Assembly (NCBI GenBank): GCA_964385285.1
Contig: CAYLOJ010000004.1
Coordinates: 7,736 to 71,735 of the forward strand
Reading direction: 5' to 3'
Length of the DNA stretch: 64,000 nt
Origin: an uncultured Gammaproteobacteria bacterium
GTDB lineage: Bacteria > Patescibacteriota > Patescibacteriia > UBA9570
Under the pieces are notes generated by a model. The model did not search any database, was not told the DNA's origin, and worked only from the letters and a program-made list of their open reading frames with translations. The position numbers and the translations under genes are program-made. Every line of letters begins with the position of its first letter. Positions within the stretch are counted from its first letter, which is position 1. Below are positions 59,080-64,000 of this stretch, piece by piece.

Positions 59080-59346
59080 ATGGCACATAAATCCGCAGCC
59101 CTTAAATCAATTCGAAAAACCGCTAAGCGCGCGATTCGTAACCGTACCAATAAGCGTGTCGTCAAGGAATTGACGAAAGCTAGTTTGGTCGCCATCAAGC
59201 AGAAAGAAGCGACTGCTTTGGAGAAAGTTCGCGCCGCCAGCAAAGCAATTGATAAAGCTGTTCAGAAAGGGACCTTGCACGCCAACACTGGTGCTCGCAA
59301 GAAATCTCGTTTGATGAAACAGTTGAACGCCCAGTTGAAGAAGTAA
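59080..59346 (+). CDS. rpsT: 30S ribosomal protein S20
   Basis: MAHKSAALKSIRKTAKRAIRNR...ANTGARKKSRL is the S20 signature. Confidence 0.85.
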   Translation: MAHKSAALKSIRKTAKRAIRNRTNKRVVKELTKASLVAIKQKEATALEKVRAASKAIDKAVQKGTLHANTGARKKSRLMKQLNAQLKK

Positions 59347-59362
59347 GAGTAATCTTGCAGCG

Positions 59363-60289
59363 CTAACTGAGACACAGTTCAGCCACCAGTTTATCCAGCA
59401 CTACGGCTGGCTCTAGACTGGTGGTTTTTAGTTGTTCGTCCACGCGTACTACTTTACCGTACAAAGTAGTCAGTTGCTCCATGCTAAAACGCCGAGCATG
59501 CAAGGCCGATTTTTTTTGGACATAGGGATGTAACTTCTTGGCAGCCTCCCCACCGGATTTCACCTGTAACAGAATTGTGATCTGCCGCGCGAGCATAGTC
59601 AGGATATAAAATGGGTTGGCTCCACTCTCCATTTGATCATGCAATACTTTTAAAGCCGCACTAGCGTGTCGTTCAGATAAAGCGTCTGTCAGATGAAAAA
59701 TATTATCATCTAGGGGTGAGGCCACAAACAACTCAGCATTTTTCAGGCTGATATTTTTATCATAATGCGTTAACTGTTCTACTACCCCACTCATGCGCCA
59801 ACCATCACTACCAATAGCTTGTACTAGGTAGTGAACGGCCGTCGGTTCAATCGTAGCGTGCAATTTTTGCACCCGCTCTTTCAACCATTTGGATAATTGC
59901 GTAGGGTCTAACAATGGAAACGCTTCCACCCGATCGGCTTTTAACAAGACGGGTAATAAAGGAGATTCGGTCTTAGCATCCGTTTTGGGCAACTCGCTAG
60001 CAGTGGCGATGACAATGGTATCTGCTCCACAGCGCGGCAACAAGGCTAAGAACACATCCACCACTTGGGGTTTGAGTTTGAAAATTTCGGTAATGACTAC
60101 ACAGCGCTTGGTGGTAAATAAGCCACCACTCAATAGTTTACTTGGTAATACTTGGGGATCTAGTTCACTAGCCACTAATGTCTCTAACCCAACACTATTG
60201 GCATCATATTTCGATACAAAACCTTGGCGAAGGGTTTCTAGCCGTTCATGTAAGCGAAAGCTGTCAGGACCATGTAAAAACATCAACAT
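59363..60289 (-). CDS. holA: DNA polymerase III delta subunit
   Basis: Delta-subunit length and pattern (LHGPDSF..., AAA+ lid-like C-terminus). Conserved divergent rpsT-holA synteny. The start is chosen at MLMFLH to leave an intergenic space. Confidence 0.6.
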   Translation of the reverse strand: MLMFLHGPDSFRLHERLETLRQGFVSKYDANSVGLETLVASELDPQVLPSKLLSGGLFTTKRCVVITEIFKLKPQVVDVFLALLPRCGADTIVIATASELPKTDAKTESPLLPVLLKADRVEAFPLLDPTQLSKWLKERVQKLHATIEPTAVHYLVQAIGSDGWRMSGVVEQLTHYDKNISLKNAELFVASPLDDNIFHLTDALSERHASAALKVLHDQMESGANPFYILTMLARQITILLQVKSGGEAAKKLHPYVQKKSALHARRFSMEQLTTLYGKVVRVDEQLKTTSLEPAVVLDKLVAELCLS

Positions 60290-60374
60290 AGGGATTCTAG
60301 TATATACTGATCCTGTAATATTTGCCAAAATGGCGCATTATACCTATAGGTACCCAATAGATCTATTGACCACC

Positions 60375-60911
60375 ATGACCGAACCGACCAAACCACAGTA
60401 TCCGGAACTCGCTTCCCACATCATTGAACAGGCCAAAACTGAGCAGGCGGCATTTGTTGAGTTATATCGTCATTACGGCCAACGTGTCTTGCGCTTTCTG
60501 ATCGTACGGACCGGTAATCTGCAACTCGCAGAAGACCTGACGCAAGAGACATTCATAGCAGTGATGCGATCGTTGCCTAGCTACCAGAGCGGCCAGGCTA
60601 AATTCTCTAGTTGGTTACTGCAGATTGCCCTGAATTGCGCCCGTATGTACTGGCGCAAACGCAGTAATGCTGAACCGACGGAATTGGCGACTATCCAGGA
60701 GTTGTGGTTCGATCAACCCAATCGACAGACTGAGTGGATGGATTTTTTTCTGGCTCTACATCAACTATCCGAAGAAGATCAAACCTTGTTAACACTCAAA
60801 TATGTCGAAGATTATTCAAACACACAGATAGCCGAGATCTTAAATATTTCACCTAACCATTGCGGAGTAAATATTCACCGAGCACTACAACGATTACAAG
60901 CCTATTTATGA
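60375..60911 (+). CDS. ECF RNA polymerase sigma factor
   Basis: Region 2 (ELYRHYGQRVLRFL...EDLTQETFIAV, LLQIALNCARMYWRKR) and region 4 HTH (SNTQIAEILNISPNHCGVNIHRALQRL). The start is chosen at MTEPTKPQ. Confidence 0.7.
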   Translation: MTEPTKPQYPELASHIIEQAKTEQAAFVELYRHYGQRVLRFLIVRTGNLQLAEDLTQETFIAVMRSLPSYQSGQAKFSSWLLQIALNCARMYWRKRSNAEPTELATIQELWFDQPNRQTEWMDFFLALHQLSEEDQTLLTLKYVEDYSNTQIAEILNISPNHCGVNIHRALQRLQAYL

Positions 60912-62113
60912 ATACTGAACATAAACTTCAAGAACTGAATCAGCAACTGGATCGTTTAGATACGCATGCCATGCAATCTCGCATTGAGGCTGGCTTACGT
61001 TCCGCTTGGGTTGAACACCACTCCACACAACCTACTATGAACACTTCGACCCTACCCCGAAAAGGCTGGCGCTGGCTACAACTCGCCATTGGTATTCCCA
61101 GTTTAGCTGGTTTAGCTCTCATTACAACCTTCGCCATTCAACCTGCCAATCCAAATACAGCGACGCTTAGTAGCCGCACATCTGGCAGCGTCACATTAAT
61201 GGGCGCTATGCTCGGCACCTCTGATGTGGTCGCTCAACCCGTCAGTGATGCGACTAAAAACATCCAAGAAAATTATGCCCTAAAAGCAGATCCGCTAGAT
61301 GCGGATAACTCTGCTGCAGGTGGCAGAGTAGAAGAGTATAGTTACGATGATCTGGTTGTAGAAAACGAGACACCTAATGATAGAGCGTATACTTACACGG
61401 ATGGCGATCAAGAGAAACAATTATTTGATGAGTCTGTTGGTTTATCGGTTGAGCTGAAAGGCGAGCTGTTGGATGCAATCCATACTCTACGTGATCAGGT
61501 AGCCACACTGAATGGTCAATTGGTGAATATCTCCTACTACGACACTATGGGCACAGTAGATATCAAATTGCCCGCAGATCAACTCGACACCTTTGAAGAC
61601 ACACTTAAAGAACTGGATGCTCATCACACAGTTGAAGTGGATAGCTACAATGTAGTGAATGTAAGTGAGGAGATTGTCTCAATCGACGAGGGTATTCAAC
61701 AGGCTCAAGATCGCATTACGCAGGCCCAACAATCATTAGGAGCCGCGGGCTTAACAGATGCAAAGCGCCAGGAGTTAGCCGATCAAATTCAAGCTGATGA
61801 AGATTACATTCAAGAAAAACAATCCCTCCGTGATACCACGATCGCTAACTATGATTTAGTAGCCGTGCGTGTCACACTACAACAGTACCAATCCCTATGG
61901 TCGGGCAATTATACACAGTATGATCGTTCTACCTTTAGTGGCATGATCAAATACGAATTGGGTAAAGCAATTTATACGCTGATTCGCTCGACTGGCAAAT
62001 TAACAATCTTCCTTGTTTGGCTATTGGTTTATAGCATTGTGTTAGTGCCCGCGTACTGGTTGCTACGCTGGTGTGTGCGCAAACTAATTCGCGTATTGAG
62101 AAAGCAAGCTTAA
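60908..62113 (+). CDS. Putative anti-sigma factor / membrane-anchored protein co-transcribed with the ECF sigma gene
   Basis: ATGA start/stop overlap with the sigma gene. TM after ~80 aa, long extracytoplasmic domain, second TM at the C-terminus. Confidence 0.45.
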   Translation: MNTEHKLQELNQQLDRLDTHAMQSRIEAGLRSAWVEHHSTQPTMNTSTLPRKGWRWLQLAIGIPSLAGLALITTFAIQPANPNTATLSSRTSGSVTLMGAMLGTSDVVAQPVSDATKNIQENYALKADPLDADNSAAGGRVEEYSYDDLVVENETPNDRAYTYTDGDQEKQLFDESVGLSVELKGELLDAIHTLRDQVATLNGQLVNISYYDTMGTVDIKLPADQLDTFEDTLKELDAHHTVEVDSYNVVNVSEEIVSIDEGIQQAQDRITQAQQSLGAAGLTDAKRQELADQIQADEDYIQEKQSLRDTTIANYDLVAVRVTLQQYQSLWSGNYTQYDRSTFSGMIKYELGKAIYTLIRSTGKLTIFLVWLLVYSIVLVPAYWLLRWCVRKLIRVLRKQA

Positions 62114-64000
62114 AGATCGCTCCATCGCTCACCCACGCCGAGGTCGACAATCAACGGTACTTTCAACTTCACTACCGTTTCCATCGCATCTTTAATGATG
62201 GCGGCCTCGGCTTGAGCCTTACTCTCTTCCACTTCAAAGACCAATTCATCGTGTACCTGCAATAACATGATCGCATGCAATTGCTGCTGTGCAATGACAT
62301 CAGCTACTGCCAACATGGCCTTCTTCATAATATCCGCTGCCGTACCTTGGGCAGGCATATTAATGGCAGCGCGTTCAGCCGCTGCTCGCACCTGCTGCAT
62401 GCCTGATTGAATGTCGGGAAGATACCGTTTGCGTCCAAAGAGCGTTTCCACATAACCTTGCTTGCGCGCTAACTGTTTGGTCTGCTCAACGTATTGCTCG
62501 ATTGCGGGATGCAATGCAAAGTAGCGCTTGAGATAATCACGCGCCTGCTCATGCGAGATCTTAGCATCACGTGATAATCCATAGGCACCCATTCCATATA
62601 AAATTCCGAAGTTGATCGACTTAGCCGCTCGCCGCATCTCTTTTGTGACGGTTGATTCCGAGATATCATGCATCTCCGCAGCGGTTTGGGTATGGATATC
62701 TGCACCACGTTTGAAACCATCGATAAAGGTTTTATCATTTGCTAGATGCGCAATGATACGCAGCTCAATTTGAGAATAGTCTAACGATACCAATACCTTG
62801 CCCTTGGGAGCCACAAAGGCGCGCCGAATTTCACGACCTAATTCGGTGCGAATCGGAATATTCTGTAAGTTCGGATCCACTGAAGATAATCTCCCGGTTG
62901 CGGCAATCGTTTGATTATAGTTCGTGTGAATGCGTTTAGTATTTGGGTTCACCAATTCTGGCAGGGCGTCTACATAGGTTGATTTCAGCTTAGCGACCTC
63001 ACGATAATCACTGATCATATCGATGATTGGATGCAAGCCACGCATTTTTTCTAATTCACTGGCTGCCGTGGAAATACCGGTTTTGGTTTTAGCCAAGCCT
63101 TGTGTGTCGATCTTTAAACGATCAAACAAAATTTCTTTCAGTTGCTTCGGAGAAGCAATGTTAAATTCAATACCCGCTTGCTTGTAAATTTTCTTTTCCA
63201 ATGCAGCAATATCACTAGCTAACTGTGTACTCATCCGTTTTAAGAATGGCACATCTAAACTGATACCTGCCATCTCCATGGCTGCTAAAATAGGAATTAG
63301 GTCTACTTCTAATTGCAAAGTGTCATCCAACTCAGCTTTATGGACGCGGGGTAATAATAATTCATACAATCGCCAGGTGTAGTCGGCATCCTCAGCTGCA
63401 TAGAATGCTAACTTACGTAACGGCACTTCAGTAATCGGCAACTCTTTCTTACCCTTGCCTACCATCTGTTCATACGGCATCATCTCATAACCAAATTCTG
63501 CAAAGGCCAACGCATCAAGACCATGTCCGCGTGTACCGGGATTCAACACATACGAGGCGAGCATTGTGTCAGTGACAATTCCCCGCACTGTAATATCATG
63601 TGTACATTTGAGTACTTTGTAATCGTATTTGATATTGTGGCCTACTTTTTGGATCTTCGCCTGCTCTAACACGCCACGGAATTGCTCCACATATTTACCC
63701 ACAATGTAATAGGCATCGCCTGCCGCCACGGCAATGCTAAAGCCAACCAGTTCACATTGCATCGGATCAAGGCTGGTAGTTTCAGTGTCTAACGCGAACA
63801 CTTTGACCTTCTCCAATCGTTTAACTAAGTCGGCTGCAGCTGGCACACTATCCACTAAGTGATAGGTACTCTCCCCTAACCAATCTTTCTCTGGAGCATC
63901 TACTAAAGCTTTAGTGCCTAACGTTAACTGGCCAGTGGTTTCAGTGGTCGGCATCTCTGGCAAGTTCTTCAATAGTGATTTGAATTCTAACTTTTGAACT
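62110..64000 (-). CDS. polA: DNA polymerase I (3'-5' exo-like plus polymerase domains), partial; the N-terminal 5'-3' exonuclease domain is presumably beyond the window end
   Basis: RRAAKSINFGILYGMGAYGL (motif B), LQVHDELVFE (motif C), DYSQIELR (motif A). The ORF is open to the window edge. Confidence 0.85.
   Translation of the reverse strand, partial: VQKLEFKSLLKNLPEMPTTETTGQLTLGTKALVDAPEKDWLGESTYHLVDSVPAAADLVKRLEKVKVFALDTETTSLDPMQCELVGFSIAVAAGDAYYIVGKYVEQFRGVLEQAKIQKVGHNIKYDYKVLKCTHDITVRGIVTDTMLASYVLNPGTRGHGLDALAFAEFGYEMMPYEQMVGKGKKELPITEVPLRKLAFYAAEDADYTWRLYELLLPRVHKAELDDTLQLEVDLIPILAAMEMAGISLDVPFLKRMSTQLASDIAALEKKIYKQAGIEFNIASPKQLKEILFDRLKIDTQGLAKTKTGISTAASELEKMRGLHPIIDMISDYREVAKLKSTYVDALPELVNPNTKRIHTNYNQTIAATGRLSSVDPNLQNIPIRTELGREIRRAFVAPKGKVLVSLDYSQIELRIIAHLANDKTFIDGFKRGADIHTQTAAEMHDISESTVTKEMRRAAKSINFGILYGMGAYGLSRDAKISHEQARDYLKRYFALHPAIEQYVEQTKQLARKQGYVETLFGRKRYLPDIQSGMQQVRAAAERAAINMPAQGTAADIMKKAMLAVADVIAQQQLHAIMLLQVHDELVFEVEESKAQAEAAIIKDAMETVVKLKVPLIVDLGVGERWSDL

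Noticed and set aside
58672-59088. 138-aa minus-strand ORF across the high-GC insert
   Set aside because: Arg/Cys/Pro-rich shadow of the plus-strand zinc-ribbon frame. It extends into low-GC flanks only by chance.
59889-60329. N-terminal 147 codons of the 340-aa ORF 59889..60911
   Set aside because: They overlap holA on the opposite strand with no sigma-factor similarity. Sigma-factor similarity begins only at ~60375.
1-64000. Search for CRISPR arrays, tRNA/rRNA genes, transposases or integrases
   Set aside because: No direct-repeat/spacer arrays, no cloverleaf-like conserved tRNA sequences, and no DDE/tyrosine recombinase ORFs were seen. The foreign segments lack recognisable mobility genes.

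Overview
64 kb window at roughly 45% GC, probably from a monoderm-type bacterium (FemAB, LCP, S8 protease with an FN3 domain). The great majority of it is minus-strand housekeeping.

Positions 1-12.5 kb hold a de novo purine cluster: purB (partial), a hypothetical protein, purC, an unusual PurQ fused to two PurS-like domains, purM, malic enzyme, a two-subunit class I fumarase, purL, purA and folD. guaB follows at 22.2 kb.

Between folD and guaB lies a ~9.6 kb block (12.6-22.2 kb) with no housekeeping content, which I read as a lineage-specific cell-surface island and the most likely undescribed system in the window. It encodes an AT-rich polytopic membrane protein and two families of paralogous secreted proteins. 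Family A carries Cys motifs and is T/S/G-rich. Family B has a signal peptide plus a C-terminal TM anchor with a basic tail. The island also holds a poly-glycine secreted protein and an intact type I signal peptidase.

rpoC and rpoB sit at 25.9-33.2 kb in non-canonical synteny: a Mur ligase lies upstream and an amidohydrolase downstream. After these come an S8 protease, asparaginase and an AI-2E transporter.

Two strikingly high-GC (>60%) foreign segments are present. One is a PGRP-type amidase gene at 39.2-40.25 kb with a truncated lipoprotein signal. The other is a ~310 bp insert at 58.74-59.05 kb carrying a tiny zinc-ribbon ORF.

A DNA-repair-rich stretch includes lexA with a candidate direct/inverted CCGAAG operator, then a DinB-like 101-aa fragment. 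A putative operon follows, xseA-xseB-LCP-Cas4-like Fe-S nuclease-DEDDy exonuclease, joined by overlapping stop/start codons. ruvA, uvrB and polA (partial) are also present.

A polyamine cluster holds arginine decarboxylase, agmatinase and a deoxyhypusine-synthase-like protein that appears to lack the catalytic Lys. There are two ECF sigma/anti-sigma pairs, along with rpsT and holA. Several promoters look leaderless, with a -10 box 6-12 nt before the ATG. No tRNA, rRNA, CRISPR array, transposase or integrase was recognised.
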